Source: a virus (Duplodnaviria; Caudoviricetes). Taken from it: a stretch of 33,188 nt of DNA. The position numbers and the translations under genes were made by a program. Positions within the stretch are counted from its first letter, which is position 1, and every line of letters begins with the position of its first letter. Below, one piece after another: positions 23,705-32,685 of this stretch. Location of the stretch: IMG/VR virus record IMGVR_UViG_3300020043_003669, positions 1 through 33,188 of that record, one strand, 5' to 3'. The notes under the pieces were generated by a model. That model was not told the DNA's origin. It did no database searches and saw nothing but the letters and a program-made list of their open reading frames with translations.

Positions 23705-25750
23705 TCATGGGTTGGCCTTGCGTTTGAGGATCTCTTCCATCGCTTTGATGGCGTTTTCCTTGTTGATGCCGCGCAGACCCTCTGCTTTCTCTGCGAGGAG
23801 TTCAATTGCTCGTCTTGCTGCTCCGCCCCTGGCAATGTCCACGCCTGTTTCCAAAGCCTGGGACATCTGGCCCTTGAGAGATGTGTCGGCAGCAGCGCCG
23901 AACATGCGGTCTAGCTCGTTGACAAAAATCAACTGGTTCACGATGTCGTCGTCCAACTTCATGCCGTACTTGCTGGCCACTTGGTTGGCCTGGTCGAGTG
24001 AGTCGATCAGGTTGGCGCGTGTGCCGTAGTTGCTGGTCAGCTTGCGCATGGCCGTGCCGAGGGCTTTGTTGGCGTTTGGTGAGTCGAAGTCAATCTGCGT
24101 GCCTGCTGCTCGTTGCAAGTCGTCAAGCGCCGTGATGGTGTCGTCATACTTTTCGTTGGCTGCCTTGTAGACCGGGAACTTCTCGCCAAGCGATTGGTTC
24201 AGATTGCGGCGCAGATTCTTGAGGGCGCGTTCTGCCTGGGCTGTCAGTGGGTTGGCCAAGTTCTTCTTGCCGTAGTTGACCTGGGTGTCGATGAAGCGCT
24301 TGGCTGTGTGCACCCCGTAAGCGTCTGGGGCTTTGGCTGTGCTGAGACGCTCCAGCACGGTATTCAGGATGCGTTGCGCTGCTTTGTCGCCTTGGATGTC
24401 TGAGCCTTGCAAGATCGCCTTGGCCACGCCGTTTTGATCCAGCTCGACTTTGACGCCCATTGCGCCCAGCTCATCCAAGAATGAATTGATGGCCGAATCA
24501 TAATTTACGGTTTGGCCGCGCAGTCTGGTGTTGGCGATGCGGTCGATGGCTTTGCCTGCTTGCTGGTTGGCATTAGCCAAGAAGTCCACGCGAGTTTGCA
24601 CGGTGTCGCCAAGGATGTCGGCTGGCCTGTTCATGGCCCTGAATTTGTCGCTCTTCTCGCCCATCTTGAAGACGTTTAGCATCTTGGTCATGGCGTTGCG
24701 GTCTTTGTCTGTGGCCGCCTTGATGCTGGCCACCGTGCCATCTTTCCAGCCTTGCTTGATGGCCGATGCAGCCTCGTTGTCTGGCACGACTTGCGTGCCT
24801 GAAAGCCGGACGTTCACCAGGTCAACAGAATCAGGGGTTTGGGCCAATTGGCTTTTGATGATGCGCTGATTCTCTGGCGCGATCTTCTCGCCCACGGTGG
24901 CCTTGATGCTTTGCACCGATTCTTTGAATGTTGGCTCGATCTGTTCCCGGATGCCTGCGCCGCTGGGTGCAACGGCTTTGGCTGCCGCTTGGGTTGCAGC
25001 CTTGACGATTTGGGGGGCGGCAGGCAGTAAGCCGCCTGCAAGTGTTGCGGCAATTTGTCCACCTGTGCCTGCGCCCATTTCCTTGGCTGTCTGGCCTGCT
25101 GCGCCTGCTGATGCACCACTGGCAACTTGAAGGCCTGGGGCTGCTGCCATGAGGCGGCCTACGCCTTGCGTAACAGGGCCAGCAGCGGACTGTAATGTTT
25201 TGCCAAGGGCTACGCTGCCACCAGCTGTGCCAGCGCCTGCTGCGGTGGTCTGGACGATGCGCTCGGCTGCTGTTCTGGGCTCGGCCACGCCGACACGGGT
25301 GAGCAGGTCTTGTAGCGCGTCGGTAGGCAGCGTGTAGGTTGTGCCAAACATGCTGTTGATCGAGCCTACGATCGGATCTGCAACCAGTCCTGCCAAGGTA
25401 GCCGCACCAGCACCTGCGACAGCGCCAGGGATTGCGCCAACGCCTGCGAATGGAGCGCCTATGGCCGCGCCAAGCGCAGCGCCTGCGGCTGGAAGTGCCA
25501 AGCCCCTGGTGGCCGCATCTGCTAGGCCTTTAACCGTGGTTTCTGGTGCTGGCTGCTGTGAGGCAAGCCATTGCTCTGGCGACATGGGAGTGACGCCGGG
25601 TGTCGCTGGCATTGAGCGCGATTGTGGCGCTGGCGCGGCTGATTCTTCCGCCGTGGGAAACCTTACATCAACCTCAACATTTCTTCCTTCGCCAGTTTGG
25701 ACATTGAACGTCTGTGGTGGTTGTTGCTTCAGCCATTCTTCAGGACTCAT
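23705..25750 (-). CDS. DNA ejection protein (gp16-like position)
   Basis: 681 aa with Ala/Gly-rich hydrophobic segments; third of three ejection-type genes before the tailspike. Confidence 0.7.
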   Translation of the reverse strand: MSPEEWLKQQPPQTFNVQTGEGRNVEVDVRFPTAEESAAPAPQSRSMPATPGVTPMSPEQWLASQQPAPETTVKGLADAATRGLALPAAGAALGAAIGAPFAGVGAIPGAVAGAGAATLAGLVADPIVGSINSMFGTTYTLPTDALQDLLTRVGVAEPRTAAERIVQTTAAGAGTAGGSVALGKTLQSAAGPVTQGVGRLMAAAPGLQVASGASAGAAGQTAKEMGAGTGGQIAATLAGGLLPAAPQIVKAATQAAAKAVAPSGAGIREQIEPTFKESVQSIKATVGEKIAPENQRIIKSQLAQTPDSVDLVNVRLSGTQVVPDNEAASAIKQGWKDGTVASIKAATDKDRNAMTKMLNVFKMGEKSDKFRAMNRPADILGDTVQTRVDFLANANQQAGKAIDRIANTRLRGQTVNYDSAINSFLDELGAMGVKVELDQNGVAKAILQGSDIQGDKAAQRILNTVLERLSTAKAPDAYGVHTAKRFIDTQVNYGKKNLANPLTAQAERALKNLRRNLNQSLGEKFPVYKAANEKYDDTITALDDLQRAAGTQIDFDSPNANKALGTAMRKLTSNYGTRANLIDSLDQANQVASKYGMKLDDDIVNQLIFVNELDRMFGAAADTSLKGQMSQALETGVDIARGGAARRAIELLAEKAEGLRGINKENAIKAMEEILKRKANP

Positions 25751-27138
25751 TGGATCACCCCGTTGGCTTTGAGATAGTCGCGCCATTGTGCATCAGTGAA
25801 GCTGGCCGGTCTTTGGTAAGTTTGGCCTCCAACAGTCGCACTGGTTGGCAATGGTGGTGGTGGTGCTTGTTCCGCTCCAAACACGTTCTCTGGGTTGAGC
25901 TTGTAGTTTTTGACCACGATGCCCAAGTCCTTCTTTTCCTGGTTGGCTTTTTTCTGCGCCGAGTCCAAGTATTTCTGAGACAGGGCGACATATTCGGCGC
26001 GTTGCGTAGGGTTTAGGAGCTGACCGTTTTTGGCTTTCTCCAGCCTGTTTTGCAACTGCGTAAACAGTCCGGCTGTATCGCGTGCGGTGGCGAATTCTGT
26101 CTCGCGTACCACTGATCCTGGATCAAGCATCTTCATGAAGCTGGTTATCAGTGCAATGTCTCCAGGGCCGTTACCTGTGTCTGCCGATGCCTTGATGTTG
26201 TTAAACGTGCCCTGAAGTTCTCCATACATCTTGCTACGGCCTTGCCATTCTTTGCGAATCTTTTCTTCTTGAGCAAATGTTTTCTCTGGATCGCGCCCAC
26301 CAGTGGCCTTGAGCGCTTCAAGTTCTACGGCTGCTTTTTGAATCTCAGTGTTCAGTTTGCGTGTGGTGGCTAAAGCCTGGTTTGTCTGGGCTGTGGTCAA
26401 GCCAAGATCAGCAGCACGCTTTTTAATGGCATCCTTGGCCACTTGTTCTGCATACTTTGCATCGACTTGCTCTTTGAAGGCTTTGGCCTGCTCAAATTCG
26501 CGTGTTGCTTTGGCTTTTGCAATGTCGTCTGGTGCCGTCTCCATTTTCACTCTGGCTTCGGCTTCGGCTGTATCAGCTGTTGCAAGTTTTTGACGCAACT
26601 CTGCTGGGGCTGCTGCTGCTGTTGTCCTTGCCTTCACCGATTTCTCATATCGGTCTGGGTCAAGGACTGCAAGTGATAAATTTGCGCCAGACTGAGCAGC
26701 GGCAAAGTCGCCTCTTTCGAGTGCGCCTAAAACGTCTTCATAAATTTTGGTTGGTTCACCTGAATTTTTCTTGGCTTCGATCAAAAGTTTTGTGCGGTTA
26801 ATGGCAGCGGGGAAATCTTTCGCTTCCATTGCGTTGGAGATCTCAAAGCCCTGTGTGAACTCGTTTTTCAGGCGTTCTTCGCCAACGCCTTTGCGGACAT
26901 CGCCAAAGGCTTCACGGAATTGCGGGTACTTGGCAATCATGCCAAGCCATGCTTTTTGCGAGCCGTCTGTTTGTGCTGCTTGCAAGTCATTGGCAAATTG
27001 CTGTTTGACTTCTTGCGCTTGTTGCTGCTGTTGGCGTTGCGCTAAAACTTGGCCAAGCTCAGAAAATGATTTCCCAAGGTCTACCTGGGGAGTCATAGCC
27101 ATGTAATTGATGGGCGCTTGTAGTGGATTGATTGCCAT
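25747..27138 (-). CDS. DNA ejection protein (gp20-like position)
   Basis: Helical, Ala/Gln/Lys-rich; GDIALITSFMKMLDPGSVVRETEFA. Confidence 0.7.
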   Translation of the reverse strand: MAINPLQAPINYMAMTPQVDLGKSFSELGQVLAQRQQQQQAQEVKQQFANDLQAAQTDGSQKAWLGMIAKYPQFREAFGDVRKGVGEERLKNEFTQGFEISNAMEAKDFPAAINRTKLLIEAKKNSGEPTKIYEDVLGALERGDFAAAQSGANLSLAVLDPDRYEKSVKARTTAAAAPAELRQKLATADTAEAEARVKMETAPDDIAKAKATREFEQAKAFKEQVDAKYAEQVAKDAIKKRAADLGLTTAQTNQALATTRKLNTEIQKAAVELEALKATGGRDPEKTFAQEEKIRKEWQGRSKMYGELQGTFNNIKASADTGNGPGDIALITSFMKMLDPGSVVRETEFATARDTAGLFTQLQNRLEKAKNGQLLNPTQRAEYVALSQKYLDSAQKKANQEKKDLGIVVKNYKLNPENVFGAEQAPPPPLPTSATVGGQTYQRPASFTDAQWRDYLKANGVIQ

Positions 27139-27142
27139 GTTT

Positions 27143-27997
27143 TTAAACCTTGCTGTAATCGACCATGAGGTAGCCGCCAGATTCTGAAACAGCGTTCGGG
27201 TAGATGGCTTGGACTTCTTGGGCCATCAAGCCGACTTGACGTCCTCCGCCCCAGATGTAATCGAACTCATAGACGTTTAGGCCGTCGGCGCGTATGCCGA
27301 TTTGCTTGATGTTTTTCTTGAGACGGCGGTCGCTAAACATATTTCCACCGCCGCCGCCGCCGCCTCCACCAGCGCCAGCCATTTGTGCTGCTGTTTTTGC
27401 AATGTTGAGAACATCACCAAATGTCTGGCGTGCGATGCCGCCTTGTCCCATAATGCCGCCAGCCAAGGCTGCACCCTGGTTGGCCAAGAGATTGCCGATA
27501 TTGCTGGCAGACTGCATTCCAGATGAGGCTTGCCCTGCTGCGGATGCTTGACCCATTGTGGACAGCCCTCCAAGGCGTCCGTATTGTTGCTCAATCAGAG
27601 CGTTGAGAGCTTGGGGACGAAACTGCGCCAATGCCGCTTGTACGTTTCCGCCGCGCAGACCGCCAGTGGCCGATGCATTTTGAAGAATGGCATTCTCACC
27701 CTGTTGAGTCATAGCCTGAAACAGTGGCGATTGCTCGAAACCTTGTATGGCTTGCTTTTGTGCTTCGGCACCTTGCAAACCGATCAGGGCTTGCTGTTGG
27801 CCCATTGCTCCAGTGCCAGCTGTGACATAAGGAGCCATCAGCTCGACCAGCGCATCAAACTGTCTGCGCTGTTCTTCTATGCCTTTTTCTGCTGCTGCCG
27901 CTTGAGTTTGCCCAGCACGTTCTGCTGCTTCACCAGCTTGCTTTGCTCCAGTGATGCCGCCAATCGTGTCACCAAGAAAATCACCGATAAAACTCAT
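27143..27997 (-). CDS. DNA ejection protein gp7-like with C-terminal intramolecular chaperone (peptidase S74-like) domain
   Basis: APYVTAG...QQGENAILQNASATGGLRGGNVQAALAQF; Gly9 linker; SDRRLKKNI...GLMAQEV...VDY. Confidence 0.85.
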   Translation of the reverse strand: MSFIGDFLGDTIGGITGAKQAGEAAERAGQTQAAAAEKGIEEQRRQFDALVELMAPYVTAGTGAMGQQQALIGLQGAEAQKQAIQGFEQSPLFQAMTQQGENAILQNASATGGLRGGNVQAALAQFRPQALNALIEQQYGRLGGLSTMGQASAAGQASSGMQSASNIGNLLANQGAALAGGIMGQGGIARQTFGDVLNIAKTAAQMAGAGGGGGGGGGNMFSDRRLKKNIKQIGIRADGLNVYEFDYIWGGGRQVGLMAQEVQAIYPNAVSESGGYLMVDYSKV

Positions 27998-28446
27998 CTT
28001 GAACTCCAATCCAGCCGGGTCATGCCCAGCACATAAACGTCTTTGACAATGCCGCCCTGCATACACGCTGCGCGTCTGCGGCCTTCTTCTTTAAAGCCGA
28101 GCTTCAGGCAGTAGTTTTTGGCCGCCTCCAAGCCCTCAATGATGTAAGCAGTGACGCGCTGAATGGGTTGGGCAAATGCCCACTGCAAACAGGCATTACC
28201 GAGGGCGCGTGAATGCTTGATGGCCGACCGCTTCAAAAGTGCGTGCAACTCGATTTCGATGGGGGTAAATCGTACCGCCATAAATGCGCCAGCAAATGTC
28301 TTGCCAGTCCATGCGGACAAGTAGGTAACGAGAGGGTGGTCAATGTGCGCGGCTGGTCGGTGGTCGTGTCCGACTTTGGTGATGTACGGATCAGAATAGA
28401 CCTCAAGGAGATGGCCTTTTGTGATTCCCTCAGTGACGACCGGCAT
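27994..28446 (-). CDS. GNAT-fold virion assembly protein (P22 gp14-like)
   Basis: IQRVTAYI...KLGFKEEGRRR...DVYVLGMTR; AGGAG RBS; lies before the gp7-like gene. Confidence 0.8.
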   Translation of the reverse strand: MPVVTEGITKGHLLEVYSDPYITKVGHDHRPAAHIDHPLVTYLSAWTGKTFAGAFMAVRFTPIEIELHALLKRSAIKHSRALGNACLQWAFAQPIQRVTAYIIEGLEAAKNYCLKLGFKEEGRRRAACMQGGIVKDVYVLGMTRLDWSSR

Positions 28447-28500
28447 GTGCAACTCCTGTTTAGGGCAAGCTGCTGGCGGCTTTGGTGACTCAGCGGCCAG

Positions 28501-28529
28501 ATTGTCCCACATTTGCATGGCCTGTTCAA
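28501..28529 (-). promoter_or_regulatory. Putative promoter TTGAAC-N17-GACAAT (ejection genes)
   Basis: Intergenic, with TGn before the -10. Confidence 0.55.
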
Positions 28530-28924
28530 TCCATCTCGAATTCGCGCTCTTCCCAGGCCTGGCAGGAGCGCAGGTCGTGGCAGATGAAGTCGAATTTGTT
28601 GCAGTAGCCACGGAAACCAGCGTCTGTGTCCCAATCGTTGCGCGGGATGCGCTCCATCTTAGCCTGGGTCATGGTGCTGTTGTCGTAATACTCGCAGTTG
28701 CTGCAGCGACGACGACGGGCTTCTTTCTCGTCCACTTGCATGGCCTTGCCAAGCGCAACCCAATACACCTTATTGGCTGTGGGCTCGTTGCTGGGGTTTT
28801 CTGGGCCGAGCATCCAGTCGTCGATCACGACCTTGGTGTTCTTCTTGTTCTCGGCTGCGGTGATGAATTCCTCTTCGACCGGCAGGCCCATGAAGCCCTT
28901 GGGCATCATCATGAATTTGTCCAT
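28526..28924 (-). CDS. Cys-cluster protein (HiPIP-like Cys spacing)
   Basis: CSNCEYY...GYCNKFDFICHDLRSCQAW; AAGGAG RBS. Confidence 0.7.
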   Translation of the reverse strand: MDKFMMMPKGFMGLPVEEEFITAAENKKNTKVVIDDWMLGPENPSNEPTANKVYWVALGKAMQVDEKEARRRRCSNCEYYDNSTMTQAKMERIPRNDWDTDAGFRGYCNKFDFICHDLRSCQAWEEREFEMD

Positions 28925-28937
28925 GCTGTTTTCTCCT

Positions 28938-29273
28938 TTACACGATTTCGCGGCCAGAGGCGCGGATGGTCAGCGAGGTGGCTGCGCTGGCGATGGTGCT
29001 GATGTAGCCGCCAGGTTCGAGCGCTTGGCCGACCAACTCTGGGCAGGTGTAGGTCTCATCGGGTGCAATGGCGCGGGTGTCCACGATCAAATTGGACGCT
29101 CCAGGGCTTCCTCCAGATGTCACCAAGTTGACGCTGATCGTGACGTTGCCTGAGCTGGTGTTGGTGATCGTGAATTTGTCGATGATCGCTTTGCAGTTGG
29201 TGGCTGTGTACTGCGTGGTTTGGGCGTTTTCTGCCTGCTTTGCTGGGATCAGCACCTTGATGGATACGGTCAT
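28938..29273 (-). CDS. Small tail-associated structural protein
   Basis: Beta-rich 111 aa ending LTIRASGREIV. Confidence 0.7.
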   Translation of the reverse strand: MTVSIKVLIPAKQAENAQTTQYTATNCKAIIDKFTITNTSSGNVTISVNLVTSGGSPGASNLIVDTRAIAPDETYTCPELVGQALEPGGYISTIASAATSLTIRASGREIV

Positions 29274-29282
29274 GGTTTCACC

Positions 29283-30515
29283 TTATTGTTGAACTTGAGT
29301 GACGGCCAGGATGAGGGCTGGCGAGCCTGGTGCGAACGCTGTGGATGCTACAGCGTCCAGCGTAACAGCTGTGGAGTCTGCTGCCCACATCAGTTCGACG
29401 TACTGGTTGGCATCCAGTGAGAAAAAGTCACTACGAGCGACCGCTTTGTATTCGTTGTTGCTGCTGAGGGTAATCAGAATCGACGAGTTTGCAACATCAG
29501 TTCCATTGACACGAAACCAAAGCCAAATGTTCTTGGTGCTGCTGCTGGTGGATGTGAGTTGGTAGGTGGCCGCAAAGTTGTAGAGACCAGACTCAGACAC
29601 GACAATGCGCGATGCTGGTGTCCCGATGCTGATGCCGTTAGCAATTGGCGTGCTGTCGAAGGTGATGCCGTATGCCGTGTTGGTGGCGGCAGGGCTTTGG
29701 TCTGTGGTCTTGAGAAACTGGCCGTAGTATTGCTGCTGCTCTATGGTGGGGCGGACAAAGACTTCGCCATCCGTTGTGCCGACTTTGAGCACCGCAGCCA
29801 CTGGCACCACGTTGTCAGGTGCTGTGGGCTTGGTGGCCGTGAATGCGCCTGCGACTGTGGGGGAGGCATAAAGCACATCACCGATGCTGAATGCACTGGT
29901 GTCAACATCACGCACATGGCCCCAGACTGTGCAATAACCGACCTCGCCGCTGTCCGGCAAGTCGTGCGTCATCACGCCTAAGATGTAGAGCGTAGGCGTT
30001 GATCCATCGGCCAAGTAAGGGGCGACCGACAGCGTATTGTTTGCGCCGACGCCAACAAAGCCGACCACCGTGCCATTCGGGATAGTCACTCCGGTGGTGT
30101 TCTCCACCCTAGCGTATGTCTCCATGCCGATTTGCTGGATGACTCCGTACTCCATGCCGATCTCGATGGTCTGGTCATCGCCATTCCATGCCATCCTGCG
30201 GATGCGGTCTACGTGTGGTGCTTTTGCATCAAAGTCGATGTAATCCGTCACCACCGAATTGTTGTTCTCAACGACTGGCGCTGTGGCCAACAACTCCAAG
30301 GACTGAGCAAGCCTGCTGATCTGGGCCAGTGCCTCATTTGCGGTGGCCGCTGCTGTGTCTGCCTGGTACTCGAAATCAGTCCCTACGATGACCTGAAGCT
30401 GATCGACGGCAGAAAACAGCAGCTCAAACTGCCTGATCTGCTGCTGGTCGGTCAGGAACGCCGCGAGCTGGTCGCGGGTGAGGTTGAGCCTGCGGGATTG
30501 TGGTGCGGTGGCCAT
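29283..30515 (-). CDS. Tail needle (gp26-position) protein with extended C-terminal beta domains
   Basis: Follows gp10; N-terminal helix/coiled coil, a middle beta domain and a C1q/TNF-like end (GLYNFAATYQL...YVELMW). Confidence 0.55.
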   Translation of the reverse strand: MATAPQSRRLNLTRDQLAAFLTDQQQIRQFELLFSAVDQLQVIVGTDFEYQADTAAATANEALAQISRLAQSLELLATAPVVENNNSVVTDYIDFDAKAPHVDRIRRMAWNGDDQTIEIGMEYGVIQQIGMETYARVENTTGVTIPNGTVVGFVGVGANNTLSVAPYLADGSTPTLYILGVMTHDLPDSGEVGYCTVWGHVRDVDTSAFSIGDVLYASPTVAGAFTATKPTAPDNVVPVAAVLKVGTTDGEVFVRPTIEQQQYYGQFLKTTDQSPAATNTAYGITFDSTPIANGISIGTPASRIVVSESGLYNFAATYQLTSTSSSTKNIWLWFRVNGTDVANSSILITLSSNNEYKAVARSDFFSLDANQYVELMWAADSTAVTLDAVASTAFAPGSPALILAVTQVQQ

Positions 30516-31927
30516 CAGTATGCCAATGCCTCGATCTGTGCCTCAAGGCGGATGAAGGAGAGATGTGCATCGCTGTCGCCACGAAAGCGCTGGATGCGCC
30601 AGTTTCGCATATGGCCCTGCTGAAACCATGCGATACGCTTGACAGTGTTGCCTATGGTTCCGACTGCAACGCTTTTGTCCTGACTCCATGCGACGCCGTT
30701 GACGCTGTAGCTTGTGCTGATCTGTGGGTTTGTGCCCAAGGCCACGCTCCCGGTCAAGCTGACCAGCTCCAGACGGTTGAAGATCGCGCCATTGCCTTCG
30801 TTGTAGGCGATGATCGTGCCGAATTCCCAGCGCACTTGCTGGCCCCAGTGGTGGCCGGTGTCTTGCACCAGATAACCAATGGAGCTGCTTTGAGGGTCAC
30901 CCACCAGCCACTTGTCGTAGCACCAGACCAGATTGCGTGCGCGGTATTGGCTGAAGCCAACCACGGTGCTGGTGAGGGTGAACCAGACCTGTTCGCCAAG
31001 CGCCTCGGATGCCGATGCGTCATAGACGATGGTGCGATCTGGAAGATGGACATAGAGGTGTTGGTGATTCTTGTCGTTGCGTGCTTCCAGCTTAGTCTTG
31101 ACCAGCTGCGCCTCTGTGTAGGTCAGGAGAAGGTTGTCGATTTCCTGCGTGCTGATCTTTTGGGTGGTGGCTGCTGCGCCAACATAAATGCCTGGGGCTT
31201 CGTTGCGGCCACCGCCCAAGAAGGCGAGGCGCTCCAAGTAGACACAGCAGGCCTGCGTGCCGAGGCAACCTTTTTGGATCTGAGCGCCGTCGATGCGTGC
31301 GAAGGGAAACAGCTCACCGCCTACGTTGTCAAACACCTCGATGGTGTTGCTGTTGAGGGCGTATATCTCGTTTCGCAGCTTGATGAGCGCGATCACTGGA
31401 TCTGGGTCCACCTCTGAACTTCCGTATTTCAGCGGGTTAACCTGCAAGGGGTCTGTCAGCTCGGTGACGATGAGAAACTCACCGTCGGTGGTCATGAAGT
31501 AGCCATCAACCCAGGCCACGTCCAGCACGATTCCAAGATCTGGATCTGTGTTTTGTGTCAGTGTGGACGTGACCGGATTCCAAAAGTACAAACGGCCACC
31601 TGAGGCAATGGCCAGCAGCTCGAAACTGTAGTCCATGGTCACCAGCTCTGTGGTGGGGCCGCCAACATCACCCAAAACTGTCACAGCGCCTGTGTCGGAC
31701 ACGGACACCAGCTTTGTGCCCATGACCCGGTAGCAGACGCCGTTCCAATTGATGCCGCCGCGATCTGTGCCTGGGCCTGTGCCGTTGGCCACGATGCCGT
31801 CACCAGGGCGCAGAAATCCGTTGCTGATGCCTGACTTCTTTGGCACTGGAACCATGTTGACAGGGTAGGCCGTGCGCAGTTCTGGAGTGGTGTCGGCATA
31901 GATGCCGTTAAGGATTTGGATTTGCAT
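30515..31927 (-). CDS. Tail hub/DNA stabilisation protein, P22 gp10-like
   Basis: 470 aa; PVNMVP...GFLRPGDG, DRGGINWNGVCYRVMGTKL, SSEVDPDP, TIEVFDNVG. Confidence 0.9.
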   Translation of the reverse strand: MQIQILNGIYADTTPELRTAYPVNMVPVPKKSGISNGFLRPGDGIVANGTGPGTDRGGINWNGVCYRVMGTKLVSVSDTGAVTVLGDVGGPTTELVTMDYSFELLAIASGGRLYFWNPVTSTLTQNTDPDLGIVLDVAWVDGYFMTTDGEFLIVTELTDPLQVNPLKYGSSEVDPDPVIALIKLRNEIYALNSNTIEVFDNVGGELFPFARIDGAQIQKGCLGTQACCVYLERLAFLGGGRNEAPGIYVGAAATTQKISTQEIDNLLLTYTEAQLVKTKLEARNDKNHQHLYVHLPDRTIVYDASASEALGEQVWFTLTSTVVGFSQYRARNLVWCYDKWLVGDPQSSSIGYLVQDTGHHWGQQVRWEFGTIIAYNEGNGAIFNRLELVSLTGSVALGTNPQISTSYSVNGVAWSQDKSVAVGTIGNTVKRIAWFQQGHMRNWRIQRFRGDSDAHLSFIRLEAQIEALAY

Positions 31928-31932
31928 TCAGC

Positions 31933-32217
31933 TCACCACTTTTCTTTTGCCGCCCAGTATGCCGCGCTCATCTTGCCCTTGGCAATGTTTTCGGCATGTC
32001 TGGCCATGAATGATTCGCGCCGGGCCTTGGACGCTTTTGACTCTCCCTCTTTTTTGGGTGAGCCTTTGACGCCTTGCTGACCGAAGCGAATGGTCTTGAT
32101 CTGGTCGCCCGACTTGGCCACGACAACGTGGCTTTTGGTGGGGTGGCTCGGGGTGGCCTTGGGCTTGTTGTAGCCCGAGACCCCGGCACGGGCAAGGCGT
32201 GTGTCTTTGGTGGCCAT
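31933..32217 (-). CDS. Small basic protein (IRFGQQG...SFMARH...SAAYWA)
   Basis: 94 aa, Lys-rich, clean ORF between structural genes. Confidence 0.8.
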   Translation of the reverse strand: MATKDTRLARAGVSGYNKPKATPSHPTKSHVVVAKSGDQIKTIRFGQQGVKGSPKKEGESKASKARRESFMARHAENIAKGKMSAAYWAAKEKW

Positions 32218-32220
32218 GGC

Positions 32221-32676
32221 TTAGGCGACGCGATACCAGCTATTGGTGGCCTGGTAGAAGCGCATTGTGAAGAAGGCATTGGCGGCCAGGGTGGTAGGTG
32301 CGCCGAAGGCTGCTGCTGCGCCGTTCAAGGCCAGCGTGAAGCTAGTGATGATCTGGGTGGAGGTGACCAGCACCTGTGTGCCGTCTGGCACGCCAGTGTT
32401 CAGGGGCAGGGTGACTGTGCCAGCGGCCAGAGTTCCGGCAGGCTGCAAGATCATCCACTGCTGTTCGCTGGTGGGCGTGGGCACGGTGATGTTGAAGCCA
32501 GTGCCAGGGGTGTACAGGTTGGTGGCCACGGTGGGGGCTGCAAAGACTTGCTGGAAGTATTGCAGCAGCTGGCTGATCGAGACCTTGCGAGCGTCGCCGT
32601 TGTTGGAGACGTAGACCGGCAAGAGATCGCCGCCAGATACCTGGCTGATGCCCGAGAGCTGGTTGATGGTTGGCAT
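32221..32676 (-). CDS. Virion structural protein (beta-rich, putative head/tail appendage)
   Basis: MPTINQLS...LQPAGTLAAGTVTLP...WYRV; GAGGA RBS. Confidence 0.7.
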   Translation of the reverse strand: MPTINQLSGISQVSGGDLLPVYVSNNGDARKVSISQLLQYFQQVFAAPTVATNLYTPGTGFNITVPTPTSEQQWMILQPAGTLAAGTVTLPLNTGVPDGTQVLVTSTQIITSFTLALNGAAAAFGAPTTLAANAFFTMRFYQATNSWYRVA

Positions 32677-32685
32677 GTTGGTTCC

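Noticed and set aside
27344-27370. GGC trinucleotide run as a contingency repeat
   Set aside because: In-frame poly-Gly linker; length change would not switch expression.
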